From contig CAZFEY010000002.1 in NCBI GenBank assembly GCA_964518135.1, forward strand, positions 1 through 53,003: DNA of 53,003 bases, in the 5' to 3' direction. This DNA is from an uncultured Candidatus Saccharibacteria bacterium (GTDB lineage: Bacteria; Patescibacteriota; Minisyncoccia; Minisyncoccales; 2-12-FULL-40-12). Shown in pieces: positions 1-7,859 of this stretch; the stretch's first letter is position 1, and each line of letters starts with the position of its first letter. The position numbers and the translations under genes were made by a program. Under the pieces are notes generated by a model. It did not search any database, was not told the DNA's origin, and saw only the letters and a list, made by a program, of their open reading frames with translations.

Positions 1-46
1 TTGAAAAAGCACGACAAGTTCTCCAAGAGGAGCCGTATAGCGGAAT

Positions 47-1144
47 CTAAAATAGCTTTAGTTTGTTGCTCTCTGCCCTATATTGAGTTTCAGCTTCCTT
101 GATACGCTTTTTGGAAACTTCAATATAATCCACTTTATGTTTCTTGAATAGATAAACATCTTGGTTTTTCTCAATTCCAATAAATTTTCTCCCCTCTAAA
201 ACTGCCGAGACAAGGAAGCTCCCACTACCACAAGTATTATCTAAGACAACCTCTCCTTCTTTTGTGAAGGTACGAATGAGATAGCGTCCGAGCTCCACCG
301 GTTTTTGTGTTGGGTGATAAACTTCGCCTTCGCTCTCGGCGGTTTTGAAATAAACAACATCAGTGGGATACCTCTCGCCATTGCTTTTTACCTCAACAGT
401 TTTGAAATCGCCGTAACTTCCGGTGAATTGATCTTTCCTAAAACCTTTGTTGTAAGGTTCGCCATAAGTCATCTGAGGATTATATGCGGGCTGACTTTTA
501 TAAAAAATACAAATGTCTTCGTGTTTGCGAAGTGGTTGTTTTTTTGCATTCAAAAAATTAGTCGGTTTTGATTTAACCCAGGTGATTTTATATTTAAATA
601 GTCTCGGATTAGATAACATGAGGTTCGCTGTAAAGAGCCCTTGCCCTGTGAGAGCTATAACGCCTTTGTTTTTTATAATACGTTCGTAGTGGCTCCAAAG
701 TTGATCAATGGGAATGACGCTATCCCAGTGATTTTGTGTAGTTCCATATGGTAGATCACACAAAATCATATCTATTGATTTTGCTGGAATTTTTTTCATC
801 ACCTCCAGGCAATCTCCCTTAACGACCTGATTTATAAAATTGGAGATGGGTCCTTCGCTGCTCCTTATTAATTTCGTTTTCGTTTCCTCTACGCCGATAT
901 TTTTTCGCAAATACCAAAGGCAGTAAGTGTTTATCGGTAATCCCTCCTGTTGTGCGCGTTGTTCTAGCTCAAGATAAGAGTCGGTTCCAAGTAGGTTGCG
1001 CAATTCATTGCTTCCAAGATCAGCTACGCTTTTGTACAAATCGATATTCCTCTCGCCGAAAGCTAAAACAACGCCCCTTGCTTTCGGGTTCGTTTCTTTG
1101 TAGTCAGAAAAATAGACTGCCTTGAAAATTTGGTTGCTCGCCAT
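47..1144 (-). CDS. DNA methyltransferase, N6-adenine/N4-cytosine family (beta-class motif order) with ~100-aa N-terminal extension
   Basis: 365-aa ORF. Catalytic DPPY-type motif 'ILCDLPYGT' lies upstream of SAM-binding motif 'VLDNTCGSGS...FIGIEKN'. No partner endonuclease is visible; the window edge is 46 nt away. Confidence 0.85.
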   Translation of the reverse strand: MASNQIFKAVYFSDYKETNPKARGVVLAFGERNIDLYKSVADLGSNELRNLLGTDSYLELEQRAQQEGLPINTYCLWYLRKNIGVEETKTKLIRSSEGPISNFINQVVKGDCLEVMKKIPAKSIDMILCDLPYGTTQNHWDSVIPIDQLWSHYERIIKNKGVIALTGQGLFTANLMLSNPRLFKYKITWVKSKPTNFLNAKKQPLRKHEDICIFYKSQPAYNPQMTYGEPYNKGFRKDQFTGSYGDFKTVEVKSNGERYPTDVVYFKTAESEGEVYHPTQKPVELGRYLIRTFTKEGEVVLDNTCGSGSFLVSAVLEGRKFIGIEKNQDVYLFKKHKVDYIEVSKKRIKEAETQYRAESNKLKLF

Positions 1145-1430
1145 GCTTATATTATAATATGATACCTTTATAAATACGAGGTGGACTTATTCACATGAGC
1201 AACAATAAGATCAATATTTTTTACCTGTCTGTCGGTAGGCAGGTCGAGAGACCGAGATACCCCAACAACTCAATGGACAAACACCGAATTTTCCCTTAAA
1301 ATAACCCTAGGTTAGTGGTTCTAGACCGAGTTACACCGCCAATTTTTACATTCAGCGAAATTGAAAGAAAAGAAGTTTTTTAATAAAAATCCTTTTATTG
1401 GGACGACAATTTTCTAAGCAGCATAAATAG

Positions 1431-1439
1431 TGATATAAT
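1431..1439 (+). promoter_or_regulatory. Extended -10 promoter element (TGATATAAT) for the radical SAM gene
   Basis: TGnTATAAT match about 50 nt upstream of the ATG at 1489. GGAGG Shine-Dalgarno at 1477-1481. The -35 (TTTCTA) is weak. Confidence 0.4.
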
Positions 1440-1488
1440 TTTATAAAGAAACAGCTCTTTACAAAATAAAAATATAGGAGGCAAAACA

Positions 1489-3018
1489 ATGCCGAACGTC
1501 CTTCTGGTTTATCCGAAGTTTCCCAAGAGTTTTTGGGGAATGAATTACGCCTTGCCTTTTGTCGGCAGAAAATCAACTATGCCTCCTTTGGGCTTGTTGA
1601 CGATCGCCGGGATGTTTCCACCAAATTACAATCTTAAGTTGGTGGATATAAACACAAGAGATCTTACGAATGAAGATTTGCGCTGGGCAGACGTTGTTTT
1701 TACTTCGGCAATGATAGTTCAAAAGAAGTCATTAAACGAGGTAATTTCCAGGTGCAAAAAGGTTGATGTGCCGATCGTTGTTGGCGGTCCTTATCCAACC
1801 ACTTTCCACGACGAAATCCTTGATGTTAATTATTTTCTTTTGGGAGAGGTAGAAGAAATCTTTCTCGAATTTCTTGACAGGGAATCGCAGCAAGGTTTCA
1901 AGAGAGAAGGGGTAATATATAGAGAGTCCGGAAAGCCGGATCTTTCTAAAACTCCACTTCCTCGTTTCGACCTGATTAATTTCAAGGATTACGAGTCTAT
2001 GTGTTTACAGTTTTCCCGTGGTTGTCCGTATGATTGTGAATTTTGTGATATTACCAAGTTATACGGTCGCAACCCGCGCACCAAGAGCAAGGAGCAAATG
2101 TTTAAAGAGTTTCAATTGCTTTATGATCTTGGTTGGCGAGGACGAGTGTTTCTAGTTGATGATAATTTCATCGGCCGGAAGAATGATGCGATGCAGTTAT
2201 TGTTGGATCTTGCTGGCTGGCAAAGAAAGAGAAGAAATCCTTTTTATTTGTACACTGAAGCCAGCATAGACCTTGCTAAATATCCAGAGCTATTGGATGC
2301 TATGGTAGAAGCAAATTTTAGCGAGGTTTTCGTAGGCATTGAAACCCCGAATAGAGAAGCGCTTTTAGCCACCAGGAAACGTCAAAATGTTTCAATGATT
2401 GACGACGGGTTTCTTCTAAGGGCAGTATCGCGTATTCAATCAAAGGGATTGGAGGTTATGGCCGGATTCATCTTGGGTCTTGATTCCGATTCCAATGATA
2501 TTTTCGATGCCATGAAAGAATTCATTCGAAAATCAGGAATTCCGGTGGCTATGGTAGGATTACTCGGCGCTGTTCGCGGTACAGATCTTTATAAAAGATT
2601 GTGCGCGGAAGGACGCATAGTGTCCGATGTCTCTGGTGATAATCTGGGGTGTGTTCTTAATTTCAAGCCAGAGATGAATGAGAAGACCTTATTGGACGGC
2701 TACAGAGAAGTACTATCTACCATATATGATCCTGGACTTCGGAATTATTTCAAGCGTTGCCTTCTGATGCTTGATCGTATGGGGAGCAAGAGGAGGAGTC
2801 GGGCAAAAGTCGGAAAAGCTGAAATCAAAGCGCTTTTCAAGTCGCTATGGAAGCAGCTTCTTTCGAGGCAAGGCATTGCGTATGGTCAATTTCTTGCTAC
2901 GGTATTGATTAGATATCCCAAGATGCTTCCGGACGCAGTGCGTTTTGCGATCATCGGTTATCATCTGGAAAAAATTACTAGAGAAATTTTCAACACTAGG
3001 AAAATTATTCCGGGATAA
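1489..3018 (+). CDS. B12-binding-domain radical SAM protein (class B, function unknown)
   Basis: 509 aa. N-terminal Rossmann-like B12-binding region (LLVYPKF...PPLGLLTIAG). Radical SAM cluster motif 'SRGCPYDCEFCD' (CxxxCxxC). Long helical C-terminal domain. Confidence 0.85.
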   Translation: MPNVLLVYPKFPKSFWGMNYALPFVGRKSTMPPLGLLTIAGMFPPNYNLKLVDINTRDLTNEDLRWADVVFTSAMIVQKKSLNEVISRCKKVDVPIVVGGPYPTTFHDEILDVNYFLLGEVEEIFLEFLDRESQQGFKREGVIYRESGKPDLSKTPLPRFDLINFKDYESMCLQFSRGCPYDCEFCDITKLYGRNPRTKSKEQMFKEFQLLYDLGWRGRVFLVDDNFIGRKNDAMQLLLDLAGWQRKRRNPFYLYTEASIDLAKYPELLDAMVEANFSEVFVGIETPNREALLATRKRQNVSMIDDGFLLRAVSRIQSKGLEVMAGFILGLDSDSNDIFDAMKEFIRKSGIPVAMVGLLGAVRGTDLYKRLCAEGRIVSDVSGDNLGCVLNFKPEMNEKTLLDGYREVLSTIYDPGLRNYFKRCLLMLDRMGSKRRSRAKVGKAEIKALFKSLWKQLLSRQGIAYGQFLATVLIRYPKMLPDAVRFAIIGYHLEKITREIFNTRKIIPG

Positions 3019-3041
3019 TCGGTTCACAGTTCTTAAAATCC

Positions 3042-3077
3042 AATAATCTCGTTTCTCGGAACGAGATTATTTATTTT
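3042..3077 (+). terminator. Rho-independent terminator
   Basis: Perfect 12-bp stem AATAATCTCGTT/AACGAGATTATT, 6-nt loop, then TATTTT. Confidence 0.8.
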
Positions 3078-3125
3078 GGATATAGAAACCTTGATAATCT
3101 TTTAAAAATAGAGATTTTTAGAAAA

Positions 3126-3153
3126 TTGACTTTTTAGAGCTGTTTGTTATAAA
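3126..3153 (+). promoter_or_regulatory. Sigma70-type promoter (TTGACT-16-TATAAA with TGT extended -10)
   Basis: Hexamers read directly, 44 nt upstream of the ATG at 3197. Confidence 0.45.
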
Positions 3154-3196
3154 AAATAATCAATCAAAACAGAAAGATTATTTTTAAGTTTAATTT

Positions 3197-3781
3197 ATGC
3201 AAAACAAGAAAGTTATAGGAATAGACTTGGATGACGTTCTTTTGGATTTTAATACAGCCTTTATTAAATACCACAACATTGTTTATAAATCTGACCTAAA
3301 TTTGCGCAGTAAGTACAATCATGCATTTGATAAGTTTTTAGGTTGTGACAAAGAGGAAGCGGAAAGGAGAATATTGGAATTTTATGAAACGGATGATCAT
3401 GATAGAGTATTGCCAATTCAAGGTGCGCCAGAAGCGATCCAAAAATTAAGCCAAAATAATTCATTGATTATTATTACCGCAAGACCAGAGCGCTTAAGAG
3501 AATGGGTTTCATTATGGCTAGGAAAACACTATGGTGATATCTTTTCTGGGTTGTATTTTACAAATCAGTTTCATGGAACAGGTATTGTGAAAACAAAAGG
3601 AGAAACGTGTAAGGAATTAGGGGTGGATATTTTCATTGACGATCATATTAAGCACATAGAGGAGGTCGCTCTAACTGGAATCAAGGTGTTATTATTTGAT
3701 ATGCCGTGGAATCAAGGGGAGTTAGGATTTGGCATAACTCGCGTATATTCGTGGGAAGATATCTTAAAAGAATTAAGTTAA
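3197..3781 (+). CDS. HAD-superfamily 5'(3')-deoxyribonucleotidase-like protein (NT5C-like)
   Basis: 194 aa. N-terminal HAD motif I 'IGIDLDDVLLDF', motif II 'IIITAR', C-terminal 'IFIDDH'. Size and layout fit NT5C-type nucleotidases. Confidence 0.7.
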   Translation: MQNKKVIGIDLDDVLLDFNTAFIKYHNIVYKSDLNLRSKYNHAFDKFLGCDKEEAERRILEFYETDDHDRVLPIQGAPEAIQKLSQNNSLIIITARPERLREWVSLWLGKHYGDIFSGLYFTNQFHGTGIVKTKGETCKELGVDIFIDDHIKHIEEVALTGIKVLLFDMPWNQGELGFGITRVYSWEDILKELS

Positions 3782-3843
3782 TATATTTATAACGGCGGGG
3801 TGCCTGAATTCCGCTTATGGCGAGATAAAGGTTGAAATTACTT

Positions 3844-3929
3844 GGAGGGTTGGCAGAACGGCTAATGCGCGAGTCTTGAAAACTCGTGGGCGAAAGCCCT
3901 TAGAGGTTCGAGTCCTCTACCCTCCGCCA
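3844..3929 (+). tRNA. tRNA-Ser (anticodon UGA), CCA encoded
   Basis: Manual cloverleaf. Acceptor GGAGGGT/ACCCTCC. Anticodon stem CGAGT/ACTCG with loop CTTGAAA. Long variable arm GGGC-GAAA-GCCC. T-arm AGAGG-TTCGAGT-CCTCT. Discriminator G + CCA. Confidence 0.92.
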
Positions 3930-4065
3930 GTTAGGAAATGAAGTCATTGGCTCGCCAACAGGATTGGTCGCCCCGTCGCAACCAAGCACGCGCCCTTAAC
4001 AGATTGCGCAAATTTGTTTATTATTAACATCAGTACAATTTTTGGATATCTGGAGGATATCATAA

Positions 4066-4413
4066 ATGCCAATAAGACAGAGTGGTGGAGCGGAGACTCA
4101 AGAGAAGACTAGGATTGATAAGATAATCAATGCTCTAGGAAATATCGACGGTATTCTATTCGACGACGCCAACAAGAACGACCTCGAAGAGCTCGATCTG
4201 ATTTTTCAGTTGACTAATCCTGAAATAACAGAAATTAAACATCGACTCGAGAAAGAAAATCCTGGCGTTGCGAAATTAATCTTTGAGTTGAGGAGAACGA
4301 TACCTCAACAATATAAGTTTGACGCTAGATTGATAGCGTTAGGCACTCTTTATTTCGTAGCCATAAAATTGCCAAGCAAAGAACTACCCAAAAGAAAGTT
4401 AAAAGGACTTTAA
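4066..4413 (+). CDS. Hypothetical protein (115 aa)
   Basis: Strong GGAGG Shine-Dalgarno 9 nt upstream of the ATG and a terminator downstream. No recognisable motif. Confidence 0.55.
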   Translation: MPIRQSGGAETQEKTRIDKIINALGNIDGILFDDANKNDLEELDLIFQLTNPEITEIKHRLEKENPGVAKLIFELRRTIPQQYKFDARLIALGTLYFVAIKLPSKELPKRKLKGL

Positions 4414-4434
4414 TTGGCACAAGTCCCACGAACG

Positions 4435-4467
4435 AAACCCCCGCTTTATAAGTGGGGTTTTATTTTT
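4435..4467. terminator. Hairpin + T-run between convergent genes
   Basis: AAACCCC...GGGGTTT stem followed by TATTTTT. Lies between the 4066 ORF (+) and comFC (-). Confidence 0.6.
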
Positions 4468-4485
4468 CTGCAAGAATAATCTCTT

Positions 4486-5208
4486 TTATCCTCTTGCCGC
4501 CACTACGCCCCAGATCTCTTTGGCCCCTGATTCTTTTAAGGTTTTTACGCATTCTTCCATGGTGGCGCCGGTAGTATAAACGTCATCTATCAGCAAAACT
4601 TTCTTACCAATAATAATTTCTTTATTTAACACAAAGAAAGCGCCCTTTATATTTTCTTTTCTTTCTTGTCCTGATAGCTGTATTTGGGGAATAGTATTTC
4701 TGGTTTTAATTAGCGCATCATTAACAATGGGAATATTTAGGAAATCAGCGAGCCATTTTCCAATTTCTTCCGACTGGTTAAATCCCCTCCATCTTAGACG
4801 CCTTTTTGCTAGGGGAACTGGCAATAAAATAAAATCGGCAAATTCTTCTTTTTTCTTCCCAAGTAGCTGGAAATGGTTTATTATTATAGAAGCTATTGTT
4901 CTGGATAAGTCCCTTGCAAAGGGTTCGTATTTAAAAAGATGGAGTAGGGTTTTGGCAAGATTGTTTTGGTAGGGTGTCGCAAAATAAAGACCTTTTAGTT
5001 GATGGTTTCTGGAGCATTTACGACATCTCTCGTCCCCGACTAATCTTGTTGGTTTTTCGCACAGGCAAAAACGGTACTCCAGCAATTCGACAAGGGCTTC
5101 GCAATCTTGGCAAAGGTATTCGCCTTCTTTTTTACAGTTAATGCAATATTTTGGGAATATAATATCCAAGATATTTCCTTTAATCTTTTGGTAATTTAAT
5201 CTGTGCAT
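4486..5208 (-). CDS. comFC: ComF-family competence protein (phosphoribosyltransferase domain)
   Basis: 240 aa. N-terminal double Cys-pair zinc ribbon (CINCKKEGEYLCQDC...CRKC). C-terminal PRTase motif 'VLLIDDVYTTGATMEE'. Confidence 0.85.
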   Translation of the reverse strand: MHRLNYQKIKGNILDIIFPKYCINCKKEGEYLCQDCEALVELLEYRFCLCEKPTRLVGDERCRKCSRNHQLKGLYFATPYQNNLAKTLLHLFKYEPFARDLSRTIASIIINHFQLLGKKKEEFADFILLPVPLAKRRLRWRGFNQSEEIGKWLADFLNIPIVNDALIKTRNTIPQIQLSGQERKENIKGAFFVLNKEIIIGKKVLLIDDVYTTGATMEECVKTLKESGAKEIWGVVAARG

Positions 5209-5247
5209 TAAGAGTCTTTAATTTTTATAGTTTCCTATATATAATGA

Positions 5248-5326
5248 AGCTAAGCATATATGGCTTACCGCATACACTTCAGCTAAGTATATATGGATTA
5301 CCGCATATACCTCAACTAAGCATATA
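5248..5326 (+). repeat. 2.4 tandem copies of a 33-bp repeat in the comFC/pilM divergent intergenic region
   Basis: Copy 1 at 5248-5280 is AGCTAAGCATATATGGCTTACCGCATACACTTC. Copy 2 at 5281-5313 has 4 mismatches. A partial copy at 5314-5326 ends at the pilM ATG. Confidence 0.9.
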
Positions 5327-6418
5327 ATGAATTTGCCAAACTTTAAAACATTTTTTAATTTTCTTCGCAATCCATCAAAAAAATTCTTAGGAATTGATAT
5401 TGGAACATCTGCTATTAAAATTGTCGAGCTTACAAAATCAAAAGAAATAGTCAAGCTCGAAAATTATGGGCAGATAACTGTTCAATCGGACGAAGAAAAA
5501 CCATTCGCGGTTTTTGAGAAAAGCGCTTTTTTATTATCGAACCAAAGTGTAGCCGAAGCTATTAACAATATTATTGGCAAGGCTCAAATGTCAACGCGAG
5601 ATGCGTTTTTTTCTATACCTGATTTTTCAACCTTTTTCACCTTTATGGAATTGCCGGCAATGGAAAAACAAGAATTGGCCTCCGCTATCAAATTCGAGGC
5701 TCGTCAACACGTTCCATTGCCCTTATCAGAGGTTGTGCTGGACTGGTCCATTATCGAGAATACGAGCAAAGGGAACCAGAAATCAAAAGTAAAAATATTA
5801 TTGGTTGCAGTTCCCTACGAAATCGTTAATCAGTATCAGGCGATTGCGAAATTATGCCAATTACGACTAATAGCCCTGGAGGCAGAGATTTTTGGCTTAT
5901 TAAGATCTTTGGTTGGTTACAAGAAAGGAGTTGTTTGCGCGATAGATATAGGCGCCCAGAGTACCACTATCAATATTGTTGAAAATGGCAAATTAAAAAT
6001 GACTCATAGTACTGATATTTCTGGCAACGAGCTTACCAGAGTTCTGTCTAAATCTTTGAATATAAAGTATAATGAAGCAGAAGGACTAAAGAGAAAATAC
6101 GGAGTTCAAGTTCCTGAAATGCCGGTAGGTAGAATCCTGACGCCATTGATCGATTCTTTAGTTAACGAAATCAATAAGATTATTCGCAATTTCTACCACA
6201 CAGAAGGTAAGGAAGTGGGGGAGTTAGTTTTGTCTGGCGGATCCATCCTCTTGCCGGGCATAAGAGATTATTTGTACGTTTGGTTTAAGAGACCCGTAGC
6301 GATTGGTAATCCATTCGAGAACGTCTTGTATCCTCCGGTCCTAGAAGACACGTTAAAAATCATGGGTCCTTCCTATGCTATTGCAACGGGAGTCGCACTT
6401 CGGGGATTTGAGCAATAA
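5327..6418 (+). CDS. pilM: Type IV pilus assembly protein PilM (actin-like ATPase fold)
   Basis: 363 aa. 'FLGIDIGTSAIKIVEL' phosphate-1 motif and 'VCAIDIGAQSTTI' second ASKHA motif. Sits at the head of the pil cluster. Confidence 0.88.
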   Translation: MNLPNFKTFFNFLRNPSKKFLGIDIGTSAIKIVELTKSKEIVKLENYGQITVQSDEEKPFAVFEKSAFLLSNQSVAEAINNIIGKAQMSTRDAFFSIPDFSTFFTFMELPAMEKQELASAIKFEARQHVPLPLSEVVLDWSIIENTSKGNQKSKVKILLVAVPYEIVNQYQAIAKLCQLRLIALEAEIFGLLRSLVGYKKGVVCAIDIGAQSTTINIVENGKLKMTHSTDISGNELTRVLSKSLNIKYNEAEGLKRKYGVQVPEMPVGRILTPLIDSLVNEINKIIRNFYHTEGKEVGELVLSGGSILLPGIRDYLYVWFKRPVAIGNPFENVLYPPVLEDTLKIMGPSYAIATGVALRGFEQ

Positions 6419-6471
6419 GGTATATTTTATTTTGTAAGAATCAAGCTTATTTACTATAATAAATTCGTAGT

Positions 6472-7005
6472 ATGGCAATAGAGATTATTCCGAAAAAAAA
6501 AGAAAGAAAGAGCATTACTTTGATTGGTGCTATTTTTTACTTTTCGGTGATTTTATTGCTTTCGATCTTTTTGATTTCCTTATTGTTGTTAGGTTTTCAA
6601 TTAACTTTAAATAGAAATATCTCAAATGTTAAAGCGAAGATAGATTCTGTAGCCACTCCAGAGGATCTTATGACGGAAAGAAAAGTCACTTTGACCCAGA
6701 AGAAGATTAACGATTTTGCTTTCTTGATTGATAATCACAGGTCGAATGAAAAATTCTTTGCGAGTTTCGAGAAATTAGTCCACCCTAAAATATTTTTCTC
6801 TGAAATTAACTTGCGTTTAGAACAAGGAAGGGCCACACTTTCTGGCAAAACAGATAATTTTGAAATATTGGGACAACAATTTCTTATCCTAGAAAAGGAG
6901 GGTTATATAAAAAGTGTTGTATTGTCGAAATCAGAAATCGATAAGGAGGGGAAAATATCTTTTGTTGTTGAAGTTTCTTTTGATAGTAATAATTTCAAGT
7001 ATTAA
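6472..7005 (+). CDS. PilN-like bitopic membrane protein
   Basis: 177 aa with a single N-terminal TM helix. Positioned immediately after pilM. Assignment rests on synteny and topology only. Confidence 0.5.
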   Translation: MAIEIIPKKKERKSITLIGAIFYFSVILLLSIFLISLLLLGFQLTLNRNISNVKAKIDSVATPEDLMTERKVTLTQKKINDFAFLIDNHRSNEKFFASFEKLVHPKIFFSEINLRLEQGRATLSGKTDNFEILGQQFLILEKEGYIKSVVLSKSEIDKEGKISFVVEVSFDSNNFKY

Positions 7006-7021
7006 TTTTTTTTAATTTACC

Positions 7022-7543
7022 ATGTCGCGAGTCGCCACCATATTTGTTAGTCTATTAGCGGTTTTTCTGTTGGGTATTTTTTATGCTTGGCCTCAATATC
7101 AGCGCGTATCAAGTTTGATGAATGAGTTACAAGAAAAGAATATAGAGCTAAAAGTAAAAAAAGATTATTTTAATAGCGTGAAACAGGCCGCAGAAGAACT
7201 AAATGGATACCAAGAAGAAATTGCCAAGGTTGATTCTGCTATTCCCTCACGGCCATTTTTGCCGTCACTTTTTCATTTTGTTAGCCAAATATCCTCTCAG
7301 AACGGTTTAATTTTGACAAAGGTTGGCAAGTTTTCGGTAAGCCCTGCGAAAGACAAACCAGATCTTAAAGAAATTATGATAGAAGTTTCTTTTTCCGGGC
7401 CGTACCCCGCCACTAAAAGTTTTCTTGCATCACTAGAAAAATCTTCAAGAATTATAGAGGTTGAGTCGATTGATTTCGCTCCGGACAAAGCGGGAAACGA
7501 AGGTTCTCCATTCACATTAAGATTAAAAACCCATTCTTATTAA
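7022..7543 (+). CDS. PilO-like bitopic membrane protein
   Basis: 173 aa. N-terminal TM helix, then a coiled-coil segment (LMNELQEKNIELKVKKD). Assigned by synteny. Confidence 0.5.
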   Translation: MSRVATIFVSLLAVFLLGIFYAWPQYQRVSSLMNELQEKNIELKVKKDYFNSVKQAAEELNGYQEEIAKVDSAIPSRPFLPSLFHFVSQISSQNGLILTKVGKFSVSPAKDKPDLKEIMIEVSFSGPYPATKSFLASLEKSSRIIEVESIDFAPDKAGNEGSPFTLRLKTHSY

Positions 7544-7549
7544 CGCGCC

Positions 7550-7822
7550 ATGGTTATTATTGATTCAATAACAAAAAGAAGAAAGAGTTACCTGCCTTCG
7601 TTGGTGGTAATAATTATTGCAGCAATAATCGTATTTTTTGCTTGGAAAATGTTTTTATCCGAACCAAAAGTCTTGCCGCCGGAAATAGAGGCAAAATACA
7701 GAACAATTAAAATAAACTTCGATACGCTTAAAAATCCAATATTAGAAGGATTACAATCGTATCCGGAAATAGGAAATTTTGAGGGCACTCCTGGCAGAAG
7801 CGATCCATTTACTCCATATTAA
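7550..7822 (+). CDS. Small membrane-anchored protein of the pil cluster
   Basis: 90 aa with one TM helix (LPSLVVIIIAAIIVFFAW). No motif. Confidence 0.4.
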   Translation: MVIIDSITKRRKSYLPSLVVIIIAAIIVFFAWKMFLSEPKVLPPEIEAKYRTIKINFDTLKNPILEGLQSYPEIGNFEGTPGRSDPFTPY

Positions 7823-7859
7823 TGAGTAAAAATATATTTTCTTTCTGTTTTTTTAAACA

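Noticed and set aside
305-571. 88-aa plus-strand ORF inside the methyltransferase gene. Other 60-110-aa ORFs occur at 1352-1576, 2845-3027, 3264-3464 and 4727-4972.
   Set aside because: They are antisense to, or overlap, well-supported genes and have no translation signals.
1234-1337. Possible degenerate two-repeat CRISPR remnant (period ~75 nt) or preQ1-I-like riboswitch (GGTTCTAG...TACACC).
   Set aside because: Only two diverged copies are present and there are no cas genes. For preQ1, the required A-rich 3' tail is replaced by a T-rich one and the downstream gene is not a queuosine gene. It is kept only as a low-interest unexplained segment.
5218-5454. 78-aa minus-strand ORF with the internally repeated peptide 'LVEVYAVIHIYLAEVYAVSHI'.
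   Set aside because: It is simply the translation of the 33-bp tandem DNA repeat in the comFC/pilM intergenic region, and it overlaps the pilM start.
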